This document shows, piece after piece, positions 28,455 through 38,103 of a stretch of 64,000 nt of DNA (position 1 is the first letter of the stretch; every line of letters begins with the position of its first letter). Where the stretch lies: assembly GCA_947085185.1 (NCBI GenBank), contig CAMTVK010000003.1, positions 32,001 to 96,000 on the forward strand, given 5' to 3'. The DNA is from Candidatus Fraserbacteria bacterium (GTDB lineage Bacteria; Bipolaricaulota; Bipolaricaulia; RBG-16-55-9; DRXL01). A model generated the notes under the pieces. It was given only the letters and a program-made list of their open reading frames with translations. It had not been told where the DNA came from and did not search any database. A program made the position numbers and the translations under genes.

Positions 28455-30899
28455 TTATGCTGGGACGGAAGCGACCGAGGCCTCACCCACGGTGATCACG
28501 AAGCGTCCCTCTTGGGCGTCTACGCGAACGGTGTCGCCTTCTTTGAGCTTGTTTTCGACGATCTGCAGCGCGAGCTCGTTCTCAATCTCTTCTTGGATGA
28601 CTCTCTGCAGGGGCCGCGCCCCATAGAGCGGGTCATACCCCTTCTCAGCCAAGAGTGCCTTGGCCGCATCGCTGACTTCAAGGGCGATCTCTTTTTCCGC
28701 GAGCTTCTTGCGCACAGATTTTAACTTCAGCTCCACAATCTCCAAGAGATTCTCTTTGGACAGCGGCCGGAAGACGATAACCCCATCAAGTCTGTTGAGA
28801 AACTCCGGACGGAAGAACCTCTTCACCTCGCCCAAGACTCGTTCCTTGATCTCTTGATAGGAGCGCTCGTGAGCGTCGTCCTTTTCGCTGACAAAGCCCA
28901 GCTGCGTCGTCTTGGAGACGATCTGCTCACTGCCCAAGTTGCTCGTCATCAAGATCAGAGTGTTCTTGAAGTCCACGGTGCGCCCGTGGCCGTCGGTGAG
29001 CCGCCCGTCGTCTAAGACCTGGAGCAAGATATTGAAGACGTCTCTGTGGGCTTTTTCGATCTCGTCGAAGAGTATGACTCTATAGGGCTTTCTGCGCACC
29101 GCTTCGGTGAGCTGGCCCCCTTCTTCGTAGCCCACGTAGCCAGGGGGAGCCCCAATGAGCTTGGCGACCGAGTGCGGCTCCATAAACTCGGACATATCGA
29201 ATCGTAAGAGCGCAGTCTCGTCGCCAAAGAGCGCCTCAGCCAGAGCTTTTGCCAGCTCGGTCTTGCCCACGCCGCTGGGCCCCAAGAACAAGAAGCTCCC
29301 TGCCGGACGCTTTGGGTCTTTTAAGCCGGCGCGGGCGCGGCGCACCGCTTGGGCCACGGCTGTGACGGCGTCGTTTTGGTCAATGACTCTGCGATGGAGA
29401 CGCTCTTCGAGCTTGGCCAATCTTTCGCGTTCTTCCTCGAACATCTGCTCGACGGGGATGCCCGTCCACAGCGCGACCGTCTCGGCGATCTCCCGCTCGG
29501 TGACGATGGGCTCACGCTGGACGCGCTCGCGCTGCTCCGCTTCGCGTTGGGCGCGCTCCGCTTGGAGTCTTTCAAGCTCCCTCTGGAGCTGCTGAGCTGT
29601 CTTGGGGTCGGCGTTCGTGATCCGCCCTTCGAGAAGCTTAATCTTTTCTGTGATCTCTTGGACTTCCGGGGCGAACGTCCGATCCACCCTGAGCTTGGAC
29701 GCGGCTTCGTCTAGGAGATCAATCGCTTTGTCGGGTAAGAATCTGTCGGAGATATATCGCACAGAGAGCTGCGCTGCAGCGCGCAGCGCGCCGTCTGTAA
29801 TTGTGACGTGGTGATGGGCCTCGAGCTTGGGGCGCAGCCCCTCTAGGATCGCGATCGTCTCATCTACGGAGGGCTCTTCTATGAGGACTTTCTGGAAGCG
29901 CCGCTCCAGAGCCGGGTCCTGCTCGATGTGCTCTCTGTATTCGTCGAGCGTCGTCGCCCCGATCACTTGGAACGCCCCGCGCGCTAGGACGGGCTTTAAG
30001 ATATTCGACGCATCAATAGCCCCCTCGGCTGCGCCAGCTCCCACGACCGTGTGCAGCTCGTCAATGAAGACGATCATCTTGCCTTTGGCGTTCTCGATCT
30101 CGCTGATGACGGCTTTGAGGCGTTCTTCGAACTCCCCGCGAAACTTCGTGCCCGCAACGAGCGCTGCTAAGTCCAGCTGGACCAATTCTTTCTCTTTGAG
30201 GGTCTCGGGGACGTCGCCGGCGACGATCCGTTGGGCAAGCCCCTCGACGATGGCCGTCTTGCCCACGCCGGGTTCGCCGATGAAGACGGGATTGTTCTTC
30301 TTTCTGCGCGAGAGAATCTGCACAGCCCGACGGATCTCCCGAGAGCGCCCAATGACCGGATCGAGCTTGCCCTCTCGTGCGAGCGCCGTCAGATTGACAG
30401 AGAATCTCTCTAATGCTTTATAGCGACTCTCGGCTTCTCTGTCGGTGACGCGCTGGGCACCGCGCACCTTGGAGAGCGCCTGATAGACGGCCTCGGGGGT
30501 TATACCATATTTCTGTAAGACCCTTCTGAGGGCGGTGTTGGGATCTTGGCTGATCGCAATGAGCAGATGTTCGATCCCGATGAATTCGTCCTTGAGGCGG
30601 TCCGCTTCCAGTTGGGCAGACTTCACCAACATCTCCAGCCGGGGCGTGATATAGATCTGTTGCCCCACGGTTGTGGAGACGCTCGGTTTCTCGGCCAAGA
30701 GAAGCTCTAAGTCTTTGAGCAAGCCGGGGATGGGCACCCCGATCTCTTTGAGCAGTTCTTGGCCGACGCCTTCCTTGGTGGCCAGCGTATAGAAGATGTG
30801 TTCCACATCGAGTTGGTTGTGCTTGTATCGCTCCAAGAGATCGGTCGAGTCGCGGAAGACCTCTTGGGCTTTCTCGGTGAACCGATCGAATCGGATCAT
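28455..30899 (-). CDS. ATP-dependent Clp chaperone ClpB/ClpC (two AAA domains)
   Basis: Clp_N repeats; [55 protein letters not shown]; short middle domain. Confidence 0.93.
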   Translation of the reverse strand: MIRFDRFTEKAQEVFRDSTDLLERYKHNQLDVEHIFYTLATKEGVGQELLKEIGVPIPGLLKDLELLLAEKPSVSTTVGQQIYITPRLEMLVKSAQLEADRLKDEFIGIEHLLIAISQDPNTALRRVLQKYGITPEAVYQALSKVRGAQRVTDREAESRYKALERFSVNLTALAREGKLDPVIGRSREIRRAVQILSRRKKNNPVFIGEPGVGKTAIVEGLAQRIVAGDVPETLKEKELVQLDLAALVAGTKFRGEFEERLKAVISEIENAKGKMIVFIDELHTVVGAGAAEGAIDASNILKPVLARGAFQVIGATTLDEYREHIEQDPALERRFQKVLIEEPSVDETIAILEGLRPKLEAHHHVTITDGALRAAAQLSVRYISDRFLPDKAIDLLDEAASKLRVDRTFAPEVQEITEKIKLLEGRITNADPKTAQQLQRELERLQAERAQREAEQRERVQREPIVTEREIAETVALWTGIPVEQMFEEERERLAKLEERLHRRVIDQNDAVTAVAQAVRRARAGLKDPKRPAGSFLFLGPSGVGKTELAKALAEALFGDETALLRFDMSEFMEPHSVAKLIGAPPGYVGYEEGGQLTEAVRRKPYRVILFDEIEKAHRDVFNILLQVLDDGRLTDGHGRTVDFKNTLILMTSNLGSEQIVSKTTQLGFVSEKDDAHERSYQEIKERVLGEVKRFFRPEFLNRLDGVIVFRPLSKENLLEIVELKLKSVRKKLAEKEIALEVSDAAKALLAEKGYDPLYGARPLQRVIQEEIENELALQIVENKLKEGDTVRVDAQEGRFVITVGEASVASVPA

Positions 30900-30921
30900 C
30901 TGAGCTCACTCCTCCAAAAAA

Positions 30922-30948
30922 TTAGCAGACTGTTCGTTATTCTGCTAA
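30922..30948. promoter_or_regulatory. CIRCE-like (HrcA) operator upstream of the clp gene
   Basis: TTAGCAGAC-N9-TTCTGCTAA versus canonical TTAGCACTC-N9-GAGTGCTAA; directly downstream of minus-strand promoter TTGACT(30977-30972)-17-TATAAT(30954-30949). Confidence 0.7.
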
Positions 30949-30993
30949 ATTATAGGGGACAAACTTCCCGGAGTCAAGGCCGCCTCCCCCCTC

Positions 30994-31022
30994 TTGACAA
31001 TCGAGGGAGGGACGGCTATAAT
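30994..31022 (+). promoter_or_regulatory. Consensus sigma70 promoter
   Basis: TTGACA-17 nt-TATAAT. Confidence 0.8.
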
Positions 31023-31057
31023 ACGGCCAGCAAAAAAGAGTCAGGAGGCGCTCAACC

Positions 31058-31201
31058 ATGCCAAGAAAAAAATTCGGCGCTTCCAAAGAATATACACGGG
31101 GGCAAAATCAAAAAGTGACGCTCGTCCTAGTGGGTCGTGGACATGCGGACTTGACAACCTCGCAGCGTGTAATCTATAATACGCTTTCGAGGCGGGACTA
31201 A
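31058..31201 (+). CDS. Candidate small basic protein (47 aa as sequenced)
   Basis: Consensus promoter, AGGAGG RBS, ATG 31058; MPRKKFGASKEY...; below the ORF-track cutoff. Confidence 0.4.
   Translation: MPRKKFGASKEYTRGQNQKVTLVLVGRGHADLTTSQRVIYNTLSRRD
31151..31180 (+). promoter_or_regulatory. Sigma70 promoter of the SLH/envelope operon
   Basis: TTGACA-18 nt-TATAAT. Confidence 0.75.
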
Positions 31202-31241
31202 AACCCGAGGAGGTTGGGCAAACGAACTCGGGGAGGTAGAG

Positions 31242-31901
31242 ATGAAGAGTCTCAAAGTCGTGAGCCTGGGGCTGATGGTTGTGAGCGTGGGGCTATTGGC
31301 GTTGGCCGATGGACAGCCCAAGCAGCCCACTCCGTCCAAGCCCACCGTCCAGCGCGGTTCGATCTTTGTGGACGTTCCCGCAGGTCACTATGCTGCTAGT
31401 GATTTGAAGTTTTTGGTGGAGCGCGGCATCATCACCGGGTTGCCCAACGGGGAATTCCAGGGCACCAAGGCCCTCACTCGCTACGACGCCGCCATGCTCA
31501 TCGCCCGGGCTATAAGATACTTACAGAACGACCCGGAGAAGATCCAGCCGGCAGATCTCAAGATCCTGCAAGACTTGATCTTCAAGCTCTCAGAGCGCGT
31601 GCAGTCGCTGGACAAGCTCGAGCAAGATGTGGCGGCCCTCAAGAGCCGACCGACAAGCGACAGCAGCGCGGATGTGACGGCGCTCAAGGAGAAGCTCAGC
31701 CGGTCTGAGGCGCAGCTTGCCAGCCTCCAAAACCAAGTGCAGAATCTCAAGAGCGAGCTGCAGCAGGCCAAAGCCGCCTCCGGAGGCGTCGTCCCCGACG
31801 AGGTCGAGGCGCTGCGCCGCCAGGTCAATAATAGTCTCTTGATCGCGGCGTTTGCTGCGCTCGCTGGCGTTGTCGCGGTGATCTGGGCCATTGTGACCTA
31901 A
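31242..31901 (+). CDS. SLH-domain + coiled-coil + C-terminal membrane anchor protein (Omp-alpha-like)
   Basis: Signal peptide; SLH FVDVPAGHYA...GIITGLPNGEFQG..ALTRYDAA; heptad coiled coil; C-terminal hydrophobic LLIAAFAALAGVVAVIWAIVT. Confidence 0.85.
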   Translation: MKSLKVVSLGLMVVSVGLLALADGQPKQPTPSKPTVQRGSIFVDVPAGHYAASDLKFLVERGIITGLPNGEFQGTKALTRYDAAMLIARAIRYLQNDPEKIQPADLKILQDLIFKLSERVQSLDKLEQDVAALKSRPTSDSSADVTALKEKLSRSEAQLASLQNQVQNLKSELQQAKAASGGVVPDEVEALRRQVNNSLLIAAFAALAGVVAVIWAIVT

Positions 31902-32064
31902 GCGTGCCGGCCCCGGCCAAGCAAGACTCAAGCGCCGGGTTTGGTGAGAGCAAAAACCCAAAAAGGAGGTGGTCGCCAAGCTGGGGGAGAACACAAAAAA
32001 CCAACGGCAGAGTCGTGCGTTCGTGCGTACGTCGAAAACCGAGTAAAAAAGGAGGTTTCTGTAC

Positions 32065-33645
32065 ATGTTTAGAAGATTGCTCGTTCTGACTTGTGCGCTC
32101 GCAGTTGTGAGTGCGCTTTCGTGGGGAGCGAACGCTGCTCCTGTCAGCGGGAGCTTCGCCATTGACATCGTCTTCTACCCGCAAGCTCCGATCACCAAGG
32201 TCGACCTCATCAATATGAAGTTTGAGGCCGACCTGATCTTGACGCTCTCGATCAGCGGCATAGATATCACCAGCACCACGGTCTTCACCTTCCTGGGATT
32301 GGAGTATCAATCGTTCGTGATCAGCGCCACGTTGGGTGCCTTGACCATCAAGGACACGATCATCTTCTCGCCGACGTTCTTTGAGTTCGAGGAGCTGCGC
32401 GACCAGTACGGACGGGTGCGCTATTGCTTACAACTCTCCCTGCCCAGCTTTGCCGGTACCCCAGCGGACTGTACCTTCCCGGCCTACCCCAACCTGAACG
32501 CGGGTATACTTGATCCCGACTTTGGGTTCGTGGGCTTCCATGATATCTTTCTGGGCGGGATTCACCCCGTCTCCCAGAACTTGATATTGGCCCGCTGGAT
32601 CCAGGGGACCAATGCGCTCAACAACACCATCCGGTTCCGCAAGAAGATCGCGGATCTATCACTCAACATCGCCGGGTTGGTCCTCAACGTCAAGGCGCTC
32701 TTTGCCAACGTTGCTTCGACTGACACTGGCTTCAGCTTGCTCAGCGGCTTGGTCCTGGCAATGGAGGGCAAGACGGTCAGCGGCGTGGGCGTGCGCGGGG
32801 AGCTGTGGCTGGGCGCCAAGCAGGGGTTGGAGTGCTTCGGCGAGTGCAAGCCCCTGGAGCGCTTCTTCAACCAGATGGTCACCGGCGGCGGCTTCAATAA
32901 CGTTGAGGAGGAGAAGCTCTTCCTCACCAATGTCCAGATCGCCGGCATCCGCCACGACCTGCGCATCGAGATGCACTTCAAGCTGCGACAGTGCACCATT
33001 GACCAGGTCGATGACGACCGCGACGGCTGGTTCGCCGAGGACCCAACGGCGAATGCCATCGATGAGGATAGAGATCTCTTGGATGGCGAGGATGACATTG
33101 ATGTCGTCAGCCCGATCTGCTATGTCGAGCTGACCCAGTCAGGCGTGATCGCGCCCTGGAGGCTCAGCTTCGTCACGCGCTGGAACTGGAACGGCAACCT
33201 CGACCTGCTGAGCAACGTCACGACGTTCACGCTCAAGGCCGGCGATATGTCCGTGCTCGCCACCTTCATCTGGCGCGCTACAGGGCAGTTGTCGTTCACG
33301 CCGGGGTTGGCCAACTTCGTCACCTCGTTTGATCCGCCCGGGCTCAGCGTCACCAGCAATGTCGTCTTCTGCACTAACCTCTGGTACTGCAACTGGGCCG
33401 TGGGTGGGCTTGCCAATCCGGCGCTCCTGCCGCCTGTGGTTTCGCACAGTCTGAGCTTCAGCGGCACGGTCGGACCGATGAGCATCGCCGCTACGGCGAT
33501 CTTCGATGGCGGGCTCTTTGGGCAGTTCAGCGAGTTGGATGTGGACCTGTCCGCTACCGTCGGCGCGGCCACCTTCACCAGCTCGACGATCTTGCTTGTG
33601 GACCAATTGGCCGGCCAGGCGTTTAGCCTGAGCTTCAAGTTCTAA
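32065..33645 (+). CDS. Exported beta-strand-rich envelope protein, paralog 1 (putative outer-membrane barrel)
   Basis: AAAAGGAGG RBS; signal ending ANA; alternating hydrophobic strands; GLECFGECKP; C-terminal SLSFKF. Confidence 0.7.
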   Translation: MFRRLLVLTCALAVVSALSWGANAAPVSGSFAIDIVFYPQAPITKVDLINMKFEADLILTLSISGIDITSTTVFTFLGLEYQSFVISATLGALTIKDTIIFSPTFFEFEELRDQYGRVRYCLQLSLPSFAGTPADCTFPAYPNLNAGILDPDFGFVGFHDIFLGGIHPVSQNLILARWIQGTNALNNTIRFRKKIADLSLNIAGLVLNVKALFANVASTDTGFSLLSGLVLAMEGKTVSGVGVRGELWLGAKQGLECFGECKPLERFFNQMVTGGGFNNVEEEKLFLTNVQIAGIRHDLRIEMHFKLRQCTIDQVDDDRDGWFAEDPTANAIDEDRDLLDGEDDIDVVSPICYVELTQSGVIAPWRLSFVTRWNWNGNLDLLSNVTTFTLKAGDMSVLATFIWRATGQLSFTPGLANFVTSFDPPGLSVTSNVVFCTNLWYCNWAVGGLANPALLPPVVSHSLSFSGTVGPMSIAATAIFDGGLFGQFSELDVDLSATVGAATFTSSTILLVDQLAGQAFSLSFKF

Positions 33646-33675
33646 GGGGATAAAAGCAAAAAGGAGGTTTCGTCA

Positions 33676-35217
33676 ATGTTTAGAAGAATCACGGCACTGG
33701 TGTGTGCACTAGCATTGGCCGGAGCTCTCTCCTGGACGGCCCAGGCCGCTCCGGTCACAGGCAGCTTCAGCTTGGACGTCGTCTTCTACCCGCTAGCTCC
33801 GATCACCAAGGTCGATCATGTCCTTGTGAAGTTTGAGGCCGACCTGGTGTTGACGATGTCCATCAGTGGGGTGGATCTGACCAGCACCACGCTCTTCACG
33901 TTTAAGGGCGTGGAAGTCCAGCTCTTCTCGGCTAAGGCGACGGTGGGCGCCATGACCTTCACCACGGTCTTGGCCTTTGCTCCAAACATCTTGGAGTTTG
34001 AGGAAGTGCGCTCTGGGGTCGCCAGCCGCGGCTGGTGTCTGCGCGATTCCGCGCCCTCGCCCCCACCATTTGCAGCAAACTGCGTCCCCTGGGGATTCAG
34101 CGCGGGCATAGAGTTCGATGGTACCGTTGATCCTCCCCCTCCACCAATCGATTCGCCAGATGTCAGCTTCTTTAGCATCTTCTGGTCGGACCCGGTAATC
34201 CAGAACATCTATCTAGGCCTGTGGGCCGATGGACTGCTACCAGGCCCCCATAACTTCACGGTCTCGCAGCTCGATCCGGCGCTGACCTTCCGCAAGAAGG
34301 TCGCAGAAGTGACCTTGAGCATCGCGGGGTTGACGCTAGGGTTGCGCGCGCTCTTTGGCAACTTCGGCACGGCTACCGTCCCGGACTTCCGGACGGGATT
34401 GGTGCTCATCCTGGAAGGCACAACGGTCTCGGGGGTCGGAGTACGCAGCGAGACCTGGGTCGGTGCCCGCCAGGGCTTTGAGTGCTTCGGCGAGTGCAAG
34501 CCCGCCTCACGCCTAGGGTTCATCGGAACGACGTTTGCTCCGATGCCTGCCACCGCCGGCATCGTCGGCCCAAGCATCCCCTTCGAACCCCAGGAGCAGA
34601 AGCTCTTCATCACCGGGCTGACACTGGCCGGCATCCGCAACAGCATCGCTATAGACTTCGTGCTCAGCGGTGCTGGAGCCAGCTCGCTCCAACCGACCGC
34701 CATGCAGATCACCTCGGGCTGGCGGGTGCCCACACTGCGCCTGACCATCACGAACATCGCACGGTTTGTCCCAGGGCTGGTCTTGGCGCGTGACATCATG
34801 CTCTTTGGCATCAGCATCGGCGAGGCCAGCGCTACCGTCCAGCTCGACTTCCGGCCCAACGTCATCGGCGCGTGGGAGACCTACTTCACCGCGCTGTTTT
34901 TGGAGTTTGATCCGCCCGGGGCCAAGGCTACGGTCGTCGTCCTCTCCTGCGATACGGATTGGTTCGGCTTCTACGGCTTTTGCAGCATACCTGGTACAGG
35001 CCCGTTCCTGGAAGTCGACTACATCTTGGAGTTCGAGGTGGGCGATCTGAGCGTAGAGATTGTGGCAATCATGCTGGGGAGCTTGCTGAAGGACCTCTAT
35101 AGGGTAGACATCTATGCCAGCTGGTCTCTCGGCGGAGCAGTCTCCCTCGACAGCACGACGATCTTGACTCCCGACGCGCTCTTCGCTCAGAAGTTCGGCG
35201 TGTCCGTCAAGTTCTAA
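33676..35217 (+). CDS. Exported beta-strand-rich envelope protein, paralog 2
   Basis: Same architecture; GFECFGECKP; C-terminal GVSVKF. Confidence 0.7.
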   Translation: MFRRITALVCALALAGALSWTAQAAPVTGSFSLDVVFYPLAPITKVDHVLVKFEADLVLTMSISGVDLTSTTLFTFKGVEVQLFSAKATVGAMTFTTVLAFAPNILEFEEVRSGVASRGWCLRDSAPSPPPFAANCVPWGFSAGIEFDGTVDPPPPPIDSPDVSFFSIFWSDPVIQNIYLGLWADGLLPGPHNFTVSQLDPALTFRKKVAEVTLSIAGLTLGLRALFGNFGTATVPDFRTGLVLILEGTTVSGVGVRSETWVGARQGFECFGECKPASRLGFIGTTFAPMPATAGIVGPSIPFEPQEQKLFITGLTLAGIRNSIAIDFVLSGAGASSLQPTAMQITSGWRVPTLRLTITNIARFVPGLVLARDIMLFGISIGEASATVQLDFRPNVIGAWETYFTALFLEFDPPGAKATVVVLSCDTDWFGFYGFCSIPGTGPFLEVDYILEFEVGDLSVEIVAIMLGSLLKDLYRVDIYASWSLGGAVSLDSTTILTPDALFAQKFGVSVKF

Positions 35218-35252
35218 GTTAGGGAAAAACCGAGAAAAAGGAGGTTCTGTCA

Positions 35253-36698
35253 ATGTTTAGAAGACTCACGATCCTCATGGCGGCGCTGGCCGTGGCCGCA
35301 GTGGCGGGCTGGTCTGCCCAGGCCGCTCCGGTCAGCGGTTCCGTAACGTTGGATATCGTCTTCACACCAGCAAATTTCTACGATTGTCTCCCTGGGACAG
35401 GCAGGGCACCGTGCAAGATCGACAAGATCTTGGTGAAGCTGGAGGCTGATCTCATCCTGACCCTGTCGGTCAGCGGCGTGGACATCACCAGCACCTCGGT
35501 CTTCACGTTTAAGGGGTTGGAGTACCAGTCGTTCGTGGCCACGGGCACCGTTGGGGCGTTGGCCTTCCGCACCCAGCTCATCTTCGCCCCCAACATCGTG
35601 GAGGTCCAAGTCGTCCGCGACGCCTTCGGACGGACTCGCTACTGCATCAATGCGATCGATCCGGCCCTGCCCGCTGGGCCACCTCCGCATCCCTTAGCGG
35701 CTTTCCTCTGCCCATACACCGGATCTACCCTCTACTGGTTATTGGAGGACATCGTCATCCATCCAGTGGTGGGCAATCTCACCCTTGCGGGTTACTTTGA
35801 CAGCGCAGGGCACCTTGATCCGGCGCTGACCTTCCGCAAGAAGATCGCGGAGCTGTCGCTGTCGCTGGCTGGGCTGACCATCGGCCTGCGCGGCATGTTC
35901 GCCAATATCGGCAGCGCTCAGACCCCCAATTGGCGCATGGGCGTCGTGGCCAGCGTCGAGGGCACAACGGTCTCGGGGATCATCATCCGCGCCGAATCGT
36001 GGATCGGCGCGCGCCAAGGGCTGGAGTGCTTCGGCGAGTGCAAGCCCCTCGAGCGCATCCGCGGCGGCAAGGTCGAGACTGACTTCATCATGTACGAAGA
36101 GAAGATCTTCATCCGCAACTTGAAGATCGCCGGCGTGACCTTCGGCGCACGCCTGGAGTTCACATTCGCCGATCCGCTGCCGGGCCAGCCGGTTGGCCTC
36201 AGCTTCCTGCTGCTGACCCAGGACTTCGCTCTGGCCCCGCTGGGCCTGACGGTCAATAACGTGATCCACGTCATGGGGCCGACCCTCACCATCGTCCAAG
36301 ACGTGATCACCACCACCCTAAAGGTGGGCGACGTCTCGGTCCTGGCCCAGTTCATCATCCGACCGGCAGTCACCGGAGCGTTCAACATCTACTTTGCTCA
36401 ACTGATCTCAACCTTCGATGCTCCGGGCGTCAAGGTCACCGACATCCTCGTCCCATGTATTGACGAGAATGTCTGCGCCTTCCCAGACGGGCTGCTGGAT
36501 CACACCCTAATCCTCTCCACGACTGTGGGCGACGTGAGCCTCGACATCCAGTTGTACTTTGCTGGGCTCTTCCGCGGCTTCTACCAGGCGATCGTTGAGG
36601 TCGGCTGGAAGCTAGGGAACACGACGATCCGCAGCTCCTCGGTCATCGGCGTGGATGCCCTGCTGGGACAGAAGATCGGTATCGAGTTCAAGTTCTAG
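35253..36698 (+). CDS. Exported beta-strand-rich envelope protein, paralog 3
   Basis: Same architecture; GLECFGECKP; C-terminal GIEFKF. Confidence 0.7.
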   Translation: MFRRLTILMAALAVAAVAGWSAQAAPVSGSVTLDIVFTPANFYDCLPGTGRAPCKIDKILVKLEADLILTLSVSGVDITSTSVFTFKGLEYQSFVATGTVGALAFRTQLIFAPNIVEVQVVRDAFGRTRYCINAIDPALPAGPPPHPLAAFLCPYTGSTLYWLLEDIVIHPVVGNLTLAGYFDSAGHLDPALTFRKKIAELSLSLAGLTIGLRGMFANIGSAQTPNWRMGVVASVEGTTVSGIIIRAESWIGARQGLECFGECKPLERIRGGKVETDFIMYEEKIFIRNLKIAGVTFGARLEFTFADPLPGQPVGLSFLLLTQDFALAPLGLTVNNVIHVMGPTLTIVQDVITTTLKVGDVSVLAQFIIRPAVTGAFNIYFAQLISTFDAPGVKVTDILVPCIDENVCAFPDGLLDHTLILSTTVGDVSLDIQLYFAGLFRGFYQAIVEVGWKLGNTTIRSSSVIGVDALLGQKIGIEFKF

Positions 36699-36720
36699 AG
36701 AAAACTCGGACGGAGTTGGC

Positions 36721-36765
36721 CCGGCCCTGGGGGAAAGACCCCGGGGCCGGTTGTTTTTTTTTTTT
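36721..36765 (+). terminator. Intrinsic terminator of the envelope operon
   Basis: CCGGCCCTGGGG-gaaaga-CCCCGGGGCCGG hairpin followed by a long T run. Confidence 0.85.
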
Positions 36766-36797
36766 GAATCACGGAAGGCACGGAAGCGATCACGGAG

Positions 36798-36843
36798 CGC
36801 ACGGAATCGGGTTGACAGGCCCTCACCGGTGAGATACTATACT
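36798..36843 (+). repeat. 46-bp direct repeat copy 1 containing a promoter and palindrome
   Basis: CGCACGGAATCGGGTTGACAGGCCCTCACCGGTGAGATACTATACT; one mismatch to 37485-37530. Confidence 0.9.
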
Positions 36844-36849
36844 GAAGCT

Positions 36850-37092
36850 ATGAACATCCAACAGTTATTGACTAATGACGAATGGCTCGCCGATCACCTC
36901 GATGAGCTTGTTGACCGCTATGCCGGCCGGGTTATAGCGATCCACCAAGGAGCCATCGTAGCTGTGGGGGATTCAGAAGCCGAGGTCTATCGCCTCCTCC
37001 ACGGGCAAGACCCCATGCCGTTGGTCTTCCGCGTTCCCCACCCAGAAGATCTCCAGTCACTCTTAGCTCATGCCAATCATCTTTCGCTATAA
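36850..37092 (+). CDS. DUF5678-like small protein
   Basis: WLADHLDELVDRYAGRVIAIHQGAIVAVGDS...VFRVP pattern; overlaps the downstream protease gene. Confidence 0.75.
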   Translation: MNIQQLLTNDEWLADHLDELVDRYAGRVIAIHQGAIVAVGDSEAEVYRLLHGQDPMPLVFRVPHPEDLQSLLAHANHLSL

Positions 37093-37462
37093 ACATCTGA
37101 GAGGGCAGCCAGCTCCATTCATCCCCATCGGCATCAAGATCGCCGAGCGCTGGTATCCCCTGGAAGTGTACATAGATTCCGGCGCGGCTTATACAGTGCT
37201 CCACGCTGGGATCGCTGAAGGCATCGGCTTTGACTACCGCAGCGGCCGTCTCACATATCTACAAGTAGGCGACGGCAGCTTGATCCCCGTTTACTTGCAT
37301 AGCTTAGAGCTCCAACTAGGGTCAGAACGGGTAACGGCACCGGTAGGTTTTTCCGATAAGCTCGGAATTGGGTTCAATCTCCTGGGGCGTGCAGGAATCT
37401 TCGAGCGATTCGAGATATGCTTCCGTGAGAAGCAAGGGATTATCAGCTTTGAGCTGAACTAA
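37070..37462 (+). CDS. Retropepsin-like aspartyl protease
   Basis: YIDSGA catalytic motif; FNLLGR. Confidence 0.85.
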   Translation: MPIIFRYKHLRGQPAPFIPIGIKIAERWYPLEVYIDSGAAYTVLHAGIAEGIGFDYRSGRLTYLQVGDGSLIPVYLHSLELQLGSERVTAPVGFSDKLGIGFNLLGRAGIFERFEICFREKQGIISFELN

Positions 37463-37484
37463 TTTCTTCTCTTGAATCACGAGA

Positions 37485-37530
37485 CGCACGGAATGGGGTT
37501 GACAGGCCCTCACCGGTGAGATACTATACT
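37485..37530 (+). repeat. 46-bp direct repeat copy 2 containing a promoter and palindrome
   Basis: CGCACGGAATGGGGTTGACAGGCCCTCACCGGTGAGATACTATACT. Confidence 0.9.
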
Positions 37531-37553
37531 CTCCGTCTAAAGGAGGCGTGACT

Positions 37554-38102
37554 ATGCGGCGCATACTCTGTGCTCTGTTGGTTGGCGGAACTTTTCTCAG
37601 TGCTCAGGCCCAGACCCTCTCCACCCACCAGATCGTCCGAGTGCTCTCGGCCCAAGGAGACATAACAGCTTCGGACTTACAAGCAGCCCTCGGCCAATGG
37701 CAGCTCGAGCTCTATAACTTTCCCACCAAGACCGACTTTTTCTCTGCTCAATATCTCGTAGACGCCGACGAAAACGGGAGATTTGAAGCGGGCCTCGACC
37801 CAGTCTATGAGATCACCGGGCAGCCCAGACTGGTCACGGCGCACGCCACGGCCTTCTGTAGCAGCCCTCAGCCCTTCGTGGAGATGCGCGTGCACGTCAT
37901 CGCGGACTTTCAGATCAGACGCAACGGCCAGCCCCAAGGAGGCCCACAATCCGGAACAATACTCTTTCTCTCTTCGGGAGATGTGCGCGGGCCGTGGGTC
38001 ATGATGCTCTCCGTCGACTTGGACAACGATGGGACCTCTGAGGGCGTGATGGGGATCTCGACCCGATTCGCTCTGCCCCTCATCCCCCCGAGGTGTCCGT
38101 GA
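37554..38102 (+). CDS. Secreted hypothetical protein
   Basis: AGGAGG RBS; signal ending AQA; two DxDxxG-type loops (DADENG, DLDNDG). Confidence 0.65.
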   Translation: MRRILCALLVGGTFLSAQAQTLSTHQIVRVLSAQGDITASDLQAALGQWQLELYNFPTKTDFFSAQYLVDADENGRFEAGLDPVYEITGQPRLVTAHATAFCSSPQPFVEMRVHVIADFQIRRNGQPQGGPQSGTILFLSSGDVRGPWVMMLSVDLDNDGTSEGVMGISTRFALPLIPPRCP

Positions 38103-38103
38103 T

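Noticed and set aside
31902..32064. Small ORF or RNA between the SLH gene and paralog 1 (extra AAGGAGGTGG)
   Set aside because: No convincing start or ORF after the SD-like sequence and no clear structure.
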